A DNA stretch of 64,000 nucleotides from Acidobacteriota bacterium (GTDB lineage Bacteria; Acidobacteriota; CAIWXX01): the NCBI GenBank assembly GCA_040755995.1, contig JBFMAF010000043.1:32001-96000 (forward strand). The letters are read 5' to 3'. Within the stretch, counting starts at the first letter, position 1. Each line of letters begins with the position of its first letter. The notes under the pieces were generated by a model. The model did not search any database. It was not told the DNA's origin and saw only the letters and a program-made list of their open reading frames with translations. A program made the translations under genes and the position numbers. Below, one piece after another: positions 22,920 to 33,154 of the stretch.

Positions 22920-24376
22920 GCAACTGGCGCGATCTCAAACTGAAAGACAGGCTGAAGCTCCCGCAGCAGCCGATGACGGAGCAGCCGGCCGAGGAACGAA
23001 TCCACAACATGAAGGAGGTGCCGCTGGGGTTCACGCCGGACCAGGCGATTCTCGAGGCGCAGCGATGCCTCCAGTGCGACAAGGCCAAGTGCATCAGCGG
23101 ATGCCCGGTCGGGATCGACATCCCGAAGTTCATCGAACAGGTTGCGGACGGGGACTTCAAAGGCGCCGCACGCACGCTGAAGGATAAGAACCTCCTGCCA
23201 GCCATCTGCGGGCGCGTGTGCCCGCAGGAGGAGCAATGCCAGGTGGTCTGCGCCGTAACCAAGGCCCTCAAGGGCTGCGAGAAGTCGGTGGGTATCGGGA
23301 AGCTCGAGCGATTCGTCGCGGACTGGGAGCGTGAGAACCAGATGTTCGAGTACCCGGAGATCCCGCCTTCGACCGGCAAGAAGATAGGGATCGTAGGGTC
23401 CGGACCGGCCGGCCTGACAGTGGCGGGCGACTTGATCCGCAAGGGGCACGCTGTCACCGTCTTCGAAGCGCTCCACCGGCCCGGCGGCGTGCTCGTGTAC
23501 GGAATCCCCGAGTTCAGGCTGCCGAAGGAAATCGTATACAAGGAGGTCGAGTACCTCCGGAAGCTCGGCGTCGAGTTCAAGTACAACTTCGTCGTAGGGA
23601 AAACTCGAACGATCGAGGAGCTGTTCCGGGACGGATACGACGCCATGTTCGTGGGGTCGGGCGCTGGATTGCCCAAGTTCATGAACATCCCCGGAGAGAA
23701 CCTGTGCGGCGTGTACTCGGCCAACGAGTATCTCACGCGGTCAAACCTGATGCGCGCCTTCGAATTCCCCAAGTCCGACACCCCGCTCAAGAACAGCGAC
23801 CGCGTTGCCGTTATCGGCGGCGGCAACGTGGCCATGGACAGCGCGAGGACCGCGAAGCGGCTCGGCGCCAGCACCGTCTATATCGTGTACCGGCGCTCGG
23901 AGAAAGAGATGCCGGCCCGAATCGAGGAGGTCCACCACGCCAAGGAAGAAGGGATCATCTTCCACCTGCTCCAGAATCCGACGCGGATTCTGGGCAACGG
24001 AGAAGGCTGGGTGACGGGCATGGAGATACAGAAGATGGAGCTTGGTGAGCCCGACTCCAGCGGCCGCCGCCGTCCCATCCCGGTGAAGGGCAGCGAGTTC
24101 GTGTTGGACGTCGATACCGCGATCGTGGCCATCGGCAACGACCCGAATCCGCTCATCCCTCAGACCACCGCGGGAATCCGCACCACCAAGTGGGGCAATA
24201 TCGTCGTCGATCCTCAAACACAACGCACGTCAATGAAGGGCGTCTTCGCGGGCGGCGATATCGTCCTGGGCGCAGCCACCGTCATCCTGGCAATGGGCGA
24301 GGGGAGACGCGCCGCACAGGCGATCGCGAAATACTTGGAGGACGGAGACTGGACAGGAGCACCTACCGTCAGTTGA
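22916..24376 (+). CDS. nfnB: Electron-bifurcating transhydrogenase large subunit (NfnB/SudA, GltD-like)
   Basis: RCLQC..C..GCP, CGRVCPQE..C, GSGPAG, GGGNVAMD; ATGA overlap with nfnA. Confidence 0.9.
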   Translation: MSNWRDLKLKDRLKLPQQPMTEQPAEERIHNMKEVPLGFTPDQAILEAQRCLQCDKAKCISGCPVGIDIPKFIEQVADGDFKGAARTLKDKNLLPAICGRVCPQEEQCQVVCAVTKALKGCEKSVGIGKLERFVADWERENQMFEYPEIPPSTGKKIGIVGSGPAGLTVAGDLIRKGHAVTVFEALHRPGGVLVYGIPEFRLPKEIVYKEVEYLRKLGVEFKYNFVVGKTRTIEELFRDGYDAMFVGSGAGLPKFMNIPGENLCGVYSANEYLTRSNLMRAFEFPKSDTPLKNSDRVAVIGGGNVAMDSARTAKRLGASTVYIVYRRSEKEMPARIEEVHHAKEEGIIFHLLQNPTRILGNGEGWVTGMEIQKMELGEPDSSGRRRPIPVKGSEFVLDVDTAIVAIGNDPNPLIPQTTAGIRTTKWGNIVVDPQTQRTSMKGVFAGGDIVLGAATVILAMGEGRRAAQAIAKYLEDGDWTGAPTVS

Positions 24377-24386
24377 CAGTGTTCTA

Positions 24387-25739
24387 TCACTCCACGGCGA
24401 CAACGATCTTCTGGAACCGGAACTTGTCCGGATTCAGTATCTCGACCGTGGCCTCCGTTCCGTCCTTCGGGATGATGACCCTGTAGTCGATGTTCTCCTT
24501 GAAGATCGCCGGCAGGACAATGGCCTTCTTGATCTTCTGTAGCCCGCTGCCTTCGGCAAGGAGCGTGATCGTGTGCATGCTCCTCAGGTCGATCTGACCG
24601 GTGAAGTCCTTGCTCGTGAAGTTCTCCAAGCGCACGGAGCCGAGTATCGGGTCCTTGATGATCCCGGCCTTGATTAACTCCTTCTTCGTTCCTGTGCGGA
24701 AGTAGACCGAGTTGAGGTCGGCCTCCAGCCCTGCCTGTATGCCCTTGAGCTCCTCCACCTCAGTCGTCAGCGTCGCCCTCTCGGTGTTGAGGCTCGCGAC
24801 CTGCTCCGTGAGCTCCGTCCTGTGCGCCTGCAGGTTGCCCACCTCCACCTGCAGCGCGTCGCGCTCCGAATAGGCGGCATTGCGTTCATCCACGATCGCC
24901 TGGATCTTCCGCCTCTCCGCTTCGTTCGGGTTGATCGGTGCCGTCCCCTGCGTCACGTACGTACCGAAGGCGCCGTTCATGTAAAAGTTCCATACCTTGA
25001 ATCCCGGCAGGAGCGGCTCCATCAGGTTCACCCGGTCCACCAGGCTCTCTGCATCCTTCCTCGACAGCTTCTGCGTGTCCATCAGGTACCTGATCGAGAC
25101 GTCGCGATGCCTTTCGCCAGACTTCGCAATGTGAGGTCGCGGAAGCTGTTCCTCGATTGCTGACAGCCTGGCCTTGATGTCCCAGATTTCCTTGTCCTTG
25201 GCCAGAATCTCGTCGAGCAGATCCCGGTAGTCGGCTTTCTCGTTTTTCTGCAGGTCGGCCAGAAGCTTGCGCTCCTCGTCGGTGAACGCCACGCCACCCA
25301 CAGGCAACTTCCCGCCCTTGCTTTCGAAATCGCGCTGGAGCCGCGCCATCTCGGTGCCCTTGGTCTGGATATCACGCTCGAGCTGCTCGATCTGGTCGGC
25401 CATCTGCTGCATGTTCTGAAACTGCTCGTCAACCTCGGGCGTGGCTCCGGTTCTGGACACCCCTGGGAACGCGGCGCGCTTGCCCAGGATCTTGTCGCCA
25501 AGCGCCAGATAGCCGCCGACGAGCGCCGCCACGATGAGAACGCCGATCACCACCATGATGAGCGCCCTCTTCTTCCCCGGTGAAACCGGCTGGTCGAGCA
25601 ATCTGAAAGGATCTGGCTCAGGGCGGGCCACCACCGGGCCGGTCTTATCATCGGCAGTCCGGTCGGCCGCGGCTCCACAAGCAGGGCAAAACGCAACGTT
25701 GTCTGGCACGTCCTTGCCGCATCTCTTGCATTTGATCAT
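24387..25739 (-). CDS. Zinc-ribbon, single-TM, coiled-coil hypothetical protein
   Basis: CKRCG..FCPACG, one TM segment and heptad-rich segments; GGAGG precedes ATG 25739. Confidence 0.7.
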   Translation of the reverse strand: MIKCKRCGKDVPDNVAFCPACGAAADRTADDKTGPVVARPEPDPFRLLDQPVSPGKKRALIMVVIGVLIVAALVGGYLALGDKILGKRAAFPGVSRTGATPEVDEQFQNMQQMADQIEQLERDIQTKGTEMARLQRDFESKGGKLPVGGVAFTDEERKLLADLQKNEKADYRDLLDEILAKDKEIWDIKARLSAIEEQLPRPHIAKSGERHRDVSIRYLMDTQKLSRKDAESLVDRVNLMEPLLPGFKVWNFYMNGAFGTYVTQGTAPINPNEAERRKIQAIVDERNAAYSERDALQVEVGNLQAHRTELTEQVASLNTERATLTTEVEELKGIQAGLEADLNSVYFRTGTKKELIKAGIIKDPILGSVRLENFTSKDFTGQIDLRSMHTITLLAEGSGLQKIKKAIVLPAIFKENIDYRVIIPKDGTEATVEILNPDKFRFQKIVVAVE

Positions 25740-25863
25740 CGCACGCCTCCTGTGTCGGCGGGAACCGCCGCTCATTCTGACTTATCAAACGAGCTTACGC
25801 ACGCCCAAATACACTAGCAGATTGCGGCAGTGCAGACAAATCACGAAAAACGAACGCCGGTCG

Positions 25864-26760
25864 CTATGCGAGAGTTCTGCACACCGTGCGATTGACGAAG
25901 CGGGCCGTGTGGCAGGAGCACCCGAGCTTGCGGACGCGCCATGCGGCGGCCTTCAGCATCTGTTCATCCTCGAAGAGCCCAAACACTGCACTGCCGCTAC
26001 CCGTCATCTGTGCGTGGGTAGCGGAGGAGTCGAGGAGCGTGCGCTTGATCCGATGCAACTCGGGATGCCGTTCGAAGACGGGCCCCTCGAGATCGTTCCG
26101 GAACCGGCTCCAGTCACGCTCACGGCAGGCGGCGAGCGTGCTGCAGAAATAGGGCAGATGGTCCGGGCGAACGGGCCGAGGGACGCGCCGCGTCCGGCCC
26201 GACCCAGCAAACCATCGATACACGTCGGCTGTGGCAAGTCGGAGCCTTGGAGCTGCGATGAGGACGCGAGTTCTTGTCGTCGACGGCACCGGCATCGTCT
26301 TTTCACCGCGGCCGTAGGCAATACCGAGACCCCCATGCAAGAAAAACGGCACGTCGCTCCCGAGCTCGCCGGCCATGCGCGCGACCGCCGAGGCACTGAG
26401 CCGCACACGGAAGAGGCGGTTGAGCACAGTCAGGGTCCTGGCGCAGTCGCTGCTGCCTCCCCCGAGCCCGGCTCCGATCGGGATCCGCTTGTTGAGCGTG
26501 ATCGACACACCTGCGCCTGAGCGGCAGGTGGAAAGGATGGCTTCCGCCGCGCGACACACCAGGTTGTCCGGACCCTCGCTGAGCCCGGAGGCTCCTCTGC
26601 ACCGCAAGACGATTCCCGGGCGCCGGCGCCGTGCGAATGTGAGGGTGTCGTGAAGCGACACCGTCTGCATCAGCGTCCGAATCTCATGGTACCCGTCGTC
26701 CCTTCTTCCGAGAACCCGGAGATCCAGGTTGATCTTGGCAAAGGCATGGGTACGAATCAC
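25864..26760 (-). CDS. ispE: 4-diphosphocytidyl-2C-methyl-D-erythritol kinase
   Basis: AKINLDL, KRIPIGAGLGGGSSD, LGSDVPFF, MTGSGS. Confidence 0.95.
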   Translation of the reverse strand: MIRTHAFAKINLDLRVLGRRDDGYHEIRTLMQTVSLHDTLTFARRRRPGIVLRCRGASGLSEGPDNLVCRAAEAILSTCRSGAGVSITLNKRIPIGAGLGGGSSDCARTLTVLNRLFRVRLSASAVARMAGELGSDVPFFLHGGLGIAYGRGEKTMPVPSTTRTRVLIAAPRLRLATADVYRWFAGSGRTRRVPRPVRPDHLPYFCSTLAACRERDWSRFRNDLEGPVFERHPELHRIKRTLLDSSATHAQMTGSGSAVFGLFEDEQMLKAAAWRVRKLGCSCHTARFVNRTVCRTLA

Positions 26761-26826
26761 ACCTCACCTCCTCGGAGCAGGACGAGCCGGTGAGTGGTCC
26801 CCGGCATCGGGACTTCAGCCCGAAGA

Positions 26827-27663
26827 CTAGAAGCCAAGCTTCTCCCTCACGAATTCACGATCGCAGGGCGCGTATTCTGCCGGCGGCTCGAAGGCCGAAT
26901 CGGCCGGGTCCGTATCGAACTCAACCTGCTTCCACCGCAACCGCGCGCGGACGTTCCCATCGGTCAGTTCCAGCTCGGACGCAAATCCTGTAGATGCATC
27001 CAACCCGGCGCGGATCACCAGGCCGTCTCCTCGCCGGTACTCGGTTCTAGCCGCCGACCAACCGCTCAACTCGCTCATCCGCCCCGTGAGGAAAGCGCCG
27101 ATCTCGCCGGAATGGACGGTCAGCGCGAGGAGGTCTCTGCTGAGCTCTACTACAGTAGTAGTAAATAGGAGCCTTTCACGCGGAAACGCCACCCATGCAT
27201 CGTTCCCGTTCAGGATCAGCACGGCTTCGGTCCGGCTGGCGCTCATGACCTCGAATCTGAGACGATCCGGGTAGCGAACGGCAACCATCGCCTCGACTGC
27301 GCGCCGAATCTGAATCGACTTGATCTGTACGATCCCCGACACGGACTGGACCCCGGGGAGACCGCGGGGATCCCGAGGGAGATTCAGGAACCGCGGGGCC
27401 TGCGGGCCGCACGAAGTGAGACAGACGAGCAGACCCAGCGCGGGGAACCACGGCAACGCCAGGGCCGAACGAACGCGAGGTGAGGCCACGACAGCTCTCT
27501 TGACGCATGGCACCAGAGTGGTATCGGCCACGATCACGGCACGGATCGCCACCGCGGGCGCAGAATCGCCGATCGAGCTCGTGTCGGTCCGGTCGAACCC
27601 CCTTCTGACGCGCCGCTCTCGCGGGCATGCAACAGGGCGCACATCAGGTTCACTTGGCGGCAC
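26827..27663 (-). CDS. Lipoprotein of probable LolA/LolB-like fold (true start probably near 27490)
   Basis: Lipobox LTSC, a PDRLRFE beta-rich domain, and C-terminal DSAFEPP. It sits between the TPR gene and ispE. Confidence 0.55.
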   Translation of the reverse strand: MPPSEPDVRPVACPRERRVRRGFDRTDTSSIGDSAPAVAIRAVIVADTTLVPCVKRAVVASPRVRSALALPWFPALGLLVCLTSCGPQAPRFLNLPRDPRGLPGVQSVSGIVQIKSIQIRRAVEAMVAVRYPDRLRFEVMSASRTEAVLILNGNDAWVAFPRERLLFTTTVVELSRDLLALTVHSGEIGAFLTGRMSELSGWSAARTEYRRGDGLVIRAGLDASTGFASELELTDGNVRARLRWKQVEFDTDPADSAFEPPAEYAPCDREFVREKLGF

Positions 27664-29602
27664 ACTTCTGGAGCTTCTTCTTGATGCGCGCGGGCTCCTG
27701 AGGTGACAGCGTGAGCGCCTTCTGGTAGAGCTCTACGGCCTTCCGCGCATCGTGGAGCGCGCAGTAGATGTCCCCGGCGTGCTCGAATATCTCCCAGTTG
27801 GGTTCACCGTACGTCACGGCCTGATCGATGAACTTCCTTGCATCCTGCAAGTTGCCCAACCGGTAGCTGCCCCAGGCCATGCTGTCGAGATAGGCCTCGT
27901 TCTCCGGCTCGATCTCAACCGCGCGTCTCACGAGCTCCAGAGCGTGCTGCAGGTCGATGTTCTTCTCGATGAGCATATATCCCAGGTAGTTCATCATTTC
28001 AGCAGCATCCGGGAACCTCTTCAGCCCCGTCTCAAAGACGGCCCTTGCCCGTTTTACGTCGCCGCGCCGCTCGTACGCCGCCCCAAGCAAGTACATGACG
28101 CCAACAGGGGCGCTTTCGTCGGTCTGGGCGCGGTCGAGCGTTGCGCACACATCTTTGTAGTCGTTCAGCTCGAACTGCTTTCGCGCCAGATTCTCCTTGA
28201 TCTCCCAGGAGTCTTGGTGTGCCTCGTCGAGACGCTTCAGCTCATCGATCGCATTCTGCTTCTCGCCGCTTGTCCACGTGATCTCGGCGCCGAGCATCTG
28301 AATCTCGAACGAGTCGGGGAACGCCTTGAGCGCCTCCTGCTGGGCCGCCCGTGCCCGTTCCACCTGGCCCGCCTCCGCCAGCACCTCCACCATGTACCGC
28401 AGCAGCGTCTGTTCCATTTCGCGATCGCCCGACGTCCGCGCGATCTGTATTGCTTCAGAGTAGCTCTTCTCGGCCTCCGCGTTTCTCTTGAGCGTCTGTT
28501 GCGCGAACCCGAGGTGAAACAAGAGCATGTCGCGGTTGCCGACCGTATCGTCTTTGAGAATCCTCTCGAAGAGCGAGGCGGAGGTGGCGAGGTCGCCCTG
28601 CGACTCGTAGGCTCGAGCGAGCTCGAAGAGCGCGTCCACCGGGGCATCCGGCTGTTCGCGGAGATCCTTGAGCATCTCGATGACCTTGGCGGGGCGGTTC
28701 AGCCGTCCGTATATCCGCGCAGCAAGCGTGCGGGTCCCGGTGTCGTAAGACGCACCGAGACGATCATAGTCGAGGACCTCCAGCGCCTGCGCGTAGAGCG
28801 ACTTGTCGTACAGGGTTGCGGCCAGGCCGGCCCGCGTCCTCAGATCGTCGGGATTGGCGGCCAGGATACGACGGTACGCCGCCTGCAGGTCGTCCATGCG
28901 CCCCGCGCGGGCGTACATCCCCAGCAGGGCGCGATACGCCGGAGCGAACCCGGGGGACAGCTGTATGGCGCGCGAGTAGCTCTGTTCGGCCGCCGCGTCG
29001 TCCTTCAGGAGCTCCTGGATCAAGCCCTTGCGGAAATAGCCCTCGGGATTATCCGGCTCCGCAGCCGTGTACCTGGAGAACGCATCCAGCGCCTTCCTGA
29101 GCTCGGCCGGGTCCCGAGTGTTCCTCTCGATGTAGAGCTGGCCCAGCACATAGTAGACGCGGGAGTCCGCATCCCCGGCGGCAACGGCCTTTTCGAATGC
29201 CTGCGCTGCGTGCGACATACTCTCCGGCAGGTCTCTCATGGAGTAGTAGTACCATCCGAGCAGCTCGTTGGCCTCCGCATGATCCGGTTCGTCCGCCAGC
29301 ACCCGATCGATCTCCTGCTTCATGTCCTCGAGCCGGTGTTCGCGCAGCAGCACGCGAGCCCGCGCCGTGCGGATGTCGGCTGACGCCGGGTCGGCGTCGG
29401 TCGCTCTCTGGTATTCGGCCTTGGCGAGATCCAGATCGTTCTGAGCTTCGGCGATCGAGCCCAACAGATAGTGGTAGTACGAGGTGCTCTTAGGCGGGGG
29501 GGTCCTGGAGCCGGCGGGCGGCACAGCGGCGCCTGCCGAAAGAGCACATGCGAGGACCGCGCATCCGGCGGCGTACGTATTCATCCTATGATCGCGCCTC
29601 AC
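27650..29602 (-). CDS. Secreted multi-TPR protein
   Basis: Signal peptide, many TPRs, NYLGYML..AYLDSMAW. Confidence 0.85.
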   Translation of the reverse strand: MRRDHRMNTYAAGCAVLACALSAGAAVPPAGSRTPPPKSTSYYHYLLGSIAEAQNDLDLAKAEYQRATDADPASADIRTARARVLLREHRLEDMKQEIDRVLADEPDHAEANELLGWYYYSMRDLPESMSHAAQAFEKAVAAGDADSRVYYVLGQLYIERNTRDPAELRKALDAFSRYTAAEPDNPEGYFRKGLIQELLKDDAAAEQSYSRAIQLSPGFAPAYRALLGMYARAGRMDDLQAAYRRILAANPDDLRTRAGLAATLYDKSLYAQALEVLDYDRLGASYDTGTRTLAARIYGRLNRPAKVIEMLKDLREQPDAPVDALFELARAYESQGDLATSASLFERILKDDTVGNRDMLLFHLGFAQQTLKRNAEAEKSYSEAIQIARTSGDREMEQTLLRYMVEVLAEAGQVERARAAQQEALKAFPDSFEIQMLGAEITWTSGEKQNAIDELKRLDEAHQDSWEIKENLARKQFELNDYKDVCATLDRAQTDESAPVGVMYLLGAAYERRGDVKRARAVFETGLKRFPDAAEMMNYLGYMLIEKNIDLQHALELVRRAVEIEPENEAYLDSMAWGSYRLGNLQDARKFIDQAVTYGEPNWEIFEHAGDIYCALHDARKAVELYQKALTLSPQEPARIKKKLQKCAAK

Positions 29603-29624
29603 AATCCCTGTTTGCTCCCCGTTC

Positions 29625-31295
29625 TCACTCCAGGCGGCCCTTCAGGCGCTCGCCGATCTCTCGCCGCAACTGGTCGGCAGAAGGAGGCAGCAGCCGCTTC
29701 GACCGGCACTCGTCCAGCGCGAGGAGCGTCATCCGGTCGATCGCCTCCGCGTCCCGCGCGGACGGAATGAAGTCGTCGAGCGCCCGCTTCCAGTGCGCCT
29801 CGGTGATGACCTGCGACTGATCCTGACTGGCGAAGCGGAAGGCAGTGGTCGCCAGCAATTCGAGGTCCGCACCGGCAAAGTGTTCGGTCTGTTGCGCCAG
29901 CGCGCTGTAATCCCTGATGTCGGTCTGGAAACGGTGCTTCCGGACGATCACCTCGAGTATCTGCCGGCGCGCCGTGACGTCGGGCATGATGATGGGAATC
30001 TTGATGTCGGTCCGTCCCGAGCGGCGCATCGCCGGATCGATCAGGTCGACGCGGTTGGTTATGTCGATGCGCAGCACGTTGCCGCGCAGTGACTGGTCCC
30101 CCCAGAACTGGAACGCCTGCCCGCGCATCCTCTCGGTGACGCCCGAGTCTCCCGACGGCCCCGAGCCCCGGGCCTGCTCTTGCTGGTCGCTCTCGTCGAT
30201 GAGCACCACCACGGGGGCCAACGCGCGGATCGCGTTGAACGCGCGCTCCTGGTTGCGCTCCGAGGCGCCGACGTACATCTGGCGCAGCGGCTTGAACTTC
30301 ACGCAGAGGAGACCACACTCCTTGGCAAAGCACTCGGAGAGGTAGCTTTTCCCCGTGCCGGGCGGGCCCATGAGCATGATCCCCATCGGCACAGCGGATC
30401 GCACCTCCTTGCGCATCAGCTCGGCCACCTCGCGCAGCTCACGAACTGCATAGTCGAGCCCGCCGACGGCATCGAGGCCGTACCTGGCCTCGATGATCTC
30501 GAGCACGTCGCCGTACTCCTGCGTGAGGATCTCCATCTTCTTGGCTGCGATGGCGGCGAAGGATGACTCTTTGAGGTCCGGCTCGCGCAGCAGAATATCC
30601 TCCACCTGGCGCAGCGTAAGCCCCTGCGTCTTGTCGGCGATGAAGTCGACGACACCGGGCTCCGCCTGCCGCTGCTTTCGTTCGAGAAACCGCCGCACGA
30701 ATGCGGCGCGCACCAGCGTGTCGGGTCTCGGCACCTGCACCACGTGCACGCCGCTCTGGGCTGTGCGCAACGCTTCAGCCGCGTCGCTCAGGTTTTCCGA
30801 CATCAAGAAGATGAGAGCCTTCTCCACCACATCCTTGTCGTCCGACCATCGAACGATCGTGGTGACCGTCGACCGCTCCTCCTGCGACTGGTATGCGCTG
30901 CCTCCCGATGGTGCGATCGTTTCGGCATAGGGGAGGATCGCAAGCGCACCGCGCGACGGCGTCTTCGTGCCCCTGAAAAGCCTTTCCATCAGGAAAATGG
31001 CCGCCTGCGGCTGGTGCGGCAGAGGGGTTCGTGCGTCCATGGAGATGCTGCGCCGGAAGACCTGTTCGCGCTCGCGCGTGGGGAAGCGAAACCCGGTTGA
31101 GAGACTGTATGAGAACACGAGCGGACGGCGCATGCCGAGCGAGGTCAGCGCCTCTTCGAGCGGGTAGAATTCGTCGCCGATCAGGATGTAGTCTTTCACG
31201 TTGCCCGTCAGCATGAATACATGCGATGCGCGGGACTGGTAGAGATCGAGCACCTGCTCGTCGAGCCACTTGGGAATCAGCGGTGGCGAGTTCAT
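29625..31295 (-). CDS. Classical-clade AAA ATPase with degenerate N-terminal domain
   Basis: Walker A GPPGTGKS, pore loop MYVG, Walker B VLIDE, SRH TNRVDLIDPAMRRSGR. Confidence 0.9.
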   Translation of the reverse strand: MNSPPLIPKWLDEQVLDLYQSRASHVFMLTGNVKDYILIGDEFYPLEEALTSLGMRRPLVFSYSLSTGFRFPTREREQVFRRSISMDARTPLPHQPQAAIFLMERLFRGTKTPSRGALAILPYAETIAPSGGSAYQSQEERSTVTTIVRWSDDKDVVEKALIFLMSENLSDAAEALRTAQSGVHVVQVPRPDTLVRAAFVRRFLERKQRQAEPGVVDFIADKTQGLTLRQVEDILLREPDLKESSFAAIAAKKMEILTQEYGDVLEIIEARYGLDAVGGLDYAVRELREVAELMRKEVRSAVPMGIMLMGPPGTGKSYLSECFAKECGLLCVKFKPLRQMYVGASERNQERAFNAIRALAPVVVLIDESDQQEQARGSGPSGDSGVTERMRGQAFQFWGDQSLRGNVLRIDITNRVDLIDPAMRRSGRTDIKIPIIMPDVTARRQILEVIVRKHRFQTDIRDYSALAQQTEHFAGADLELLATTAFRFASQDQSQVITEAHWKRALDDFIPSARDAEAIDRMTLLALDECRSKRLLPPSADQLRREIGERLKGRLE

Positions 31296-32800
31296 GACAA
31301 GCCTACCGCGGAAATCCCGCCTTCGTGGCCGACATACACGACTCCATCGCCCAACAGCGGGCTCGATCGTATGGTCCTGTCGAGGCTGATACTGGCGAGC
31401 GCCCTTCCGTCCGCCGGCACCGGATCATCCTGCGATCCACCGATTGCGAGAACGTAGAGAGTTCCGTTCGTCGACGTCACGATGGCGGCGTTCTCGAGCA
31501 GAACTGGAGACGACACCACCGGGGCGCCCGTCGCGAACTTCCAGCGTGCCTCACCGGTCGCCCTGTCGAAGGCGTAAACAAAGCCGTCGTGCGATCCGCA
31601 GACGACGAGCTCTTTCCCGACCGAGGGTGACGAGTAGTAGGGACCGCCCGCAACATGCTTCCATCTCAAGGCGCCTTCTTGCGAGAGGCAGTAGAAGGTG
31701 CCGTCGAACGAGCCGAAGAAGATGTCACCCGAGCAGGCAGCGGTGGCGCGTACCTTGGCGCCGGTCTCGAACGCCCACGCCTTGCGCCCGGTCGCAGGAT
31801 CGATGGCGTGCAGCGACTTGTCGTCGCAGCCGGCGACAATGATCTTGGCGGCCAGGGTGGGAGACGAAAACACATCAGCGCACCTGTATGCCCACTGCGG
31901 CTTGCCTGTTTCCGCGTCGAGCGCGTGAACGGCACCGCGACCCTGCGGGTCCGTCGTGCCGGTGTAGACGGAGGAGCCCGCGACGAGCGGCGAGGAACGG
32001 ACCATGCCGGTGAGCTTCCGCTTCCACAGGGCCTTCAGCGAGAGCAGATCGAAACACTGGAGCACACCCTCGTCCGAGCCGATGTACGCACGACCGCCGG
32101 CAACCGCCGCGGTCGACTCGCTCGGCGCGCCTATCTCGGCCCGAGCCGCGATGTATCCGGTGTGCCTGTCCAGGACGAGCAGCTTCCCGACCAACGTCCC
32201 CAGGAGGAGGAAGTTGGAGTCGATCAAGACAGGTGATGAGATCACCTCGGCCGTCTGGAGGTACCACCTGATGGCCGGCTGCGAGGAAGCGACATAGGCC
32301 GATGCAACAATCCCACTTCGCTCGGGCCCGCCTCGAAACATCTGCCACGGCGCAGTCGCCGCGGCCGAGAACGTCCTTGCCCGTTCCAGCAGTCCCTGCG
32401 CCGCGCCGGTTTGCGTCGACCGCTGAGCTCTTATCGGATCGGTGAGGCCCCTTATGAAGCAGGCCAACGGCCACGGTACATCCGCCGGCAGATCCACGCC
32501 GTCGAGGAGCATCGACGGCGCGAAGCGTTCTCCGGCGACGAGGGAGGAGAGCAGGAAACCGAGTCTCAGGCAGAACTCGGCCTCTGTCCGCTCGATGCTG
32601 CCGGCCGGGAATGCCAGGATGCCGTCGGCATCGATACGCGCCTTCTCGAAATCGGCAAGGTGCGCGTCAGGGTTCGCCAGCAGCGCATGAGCGAGCTCAA
32701 TGACCGCATCCGGGGCCAGCCTCTTGCCGCTACGGACGACGTCCGAGACCGTGGACCCCGCGTACGCCTTGAGCGCCTCCATAACGCCTGAACCTAGCAT
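31292..32800 (-). CDS. PQQ/BamB-like beta-propeller repeat protein with N-terminal kinase-remnant-like domain
   Basis: WQMFRGGPERSG followed by repeated SSP..G.DG..A.D..TG...W units; ATGA overlap with the AAA gene. Confidence 0.8.
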   Translation of the reverse strand: MLGSGVMEALKAYAGSTVSDVVRSGKRLAPDAVIELAHALLANPDAHLADFEKARIDADGILAFPAGSIERTEAEFCLRLGFLLSSLVAGERFAPSMLLDGVDLPADVPWPLACFIRGLTDPIRAQRSTQTGAAQGLLERARTFSAAATAPWQMFRGGPERSGIVASAYVASSQPAIRWYLQTAEVISSPVLIDSNFLLLGTLVGKLLVLDRHTGYIAARAEIGAPSESTAAVAGGRAYIGSDEGVLQCFDLLSLKALWKRKLTGMVRSSPLVAGSSVYTGTTDPQGRGAVHALDAETGKPQWAYRCADVFSSPTLAAKIIVAGCDDKSLHAIDPATGRKAWAFETGAKVRATAACSGDIFFGSFDGTFYCLSQEGALRWKHVAGGPYYSSPSVGKELVVCGSHDGFVYAFDRATGEARWKFATGAPVVSSPVLLENAAIVTSTNGTLYVLAIGGSQDDPVPADGRALASISLDRTIRSSPLLGDGVVYVGHEGGISAVGLS

Positions 32801-32824
32801 AGCGGATAGGTGCCGTCAATGAAG

Positions 32825-32860
32825 GTGGACGGGCACGGGCACGGGCTCGGGCAAGGGCGT
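32825..32860. repeat. Hexamer tandem repeat (GGGCAC-like)
   Basis: gtggac gggcac gggcac gggctc gggcaa gggcgt. Confidence 0.7.
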
Positions 32861-32911
32861 AGAGCAAACGCATACTTGACGAGTGTAAGTACGATGCCGC
32901 CGGAATGCGGT

Positions 32912-33154
32912 CTACTTGGTGCGCTTGATCCTTGCCCTGTGTGCTTGGAAATTAGCCGCTGCCCACTGTTCATCAAGGCGGTTCATATCCTGCATCGATC
33001 GATGCTTGTAAACGCCCGGGGGGAAAGCCGGAGAAGTCCACCGATCGCCGAGATCCCACAACCCGGCAATCGCGCGGTATAGAGCCGGATCGCCTGGGTC
33101 GCGCCATCGCGCCGGCATGTCCTCGACTCGTCTGAATTTCCTAACAGGCATCAC
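32912..33154 (-). CDS. Small hypothetical protein, partner of the nucleotidyltransferase
   Basis: 80 aa, overlaps the upstream stop codon; internally repeated (K)FR.VE.M / KHRSMQDM motif. Confidence 0.6.
   Translation of the reverse strand: MMPVRKFRRVEDMPARWRDPGDPALYRAIAGLWDLGDRWTSPAFPPGVYKHRSMQDMNRLDEQWAAANFQAHRARIKRTK

Noticed and set aside
25776..25863. tRNA-Gln often found after ispE
   Set aside because: No cloverleaf or T-arm motif is visible.
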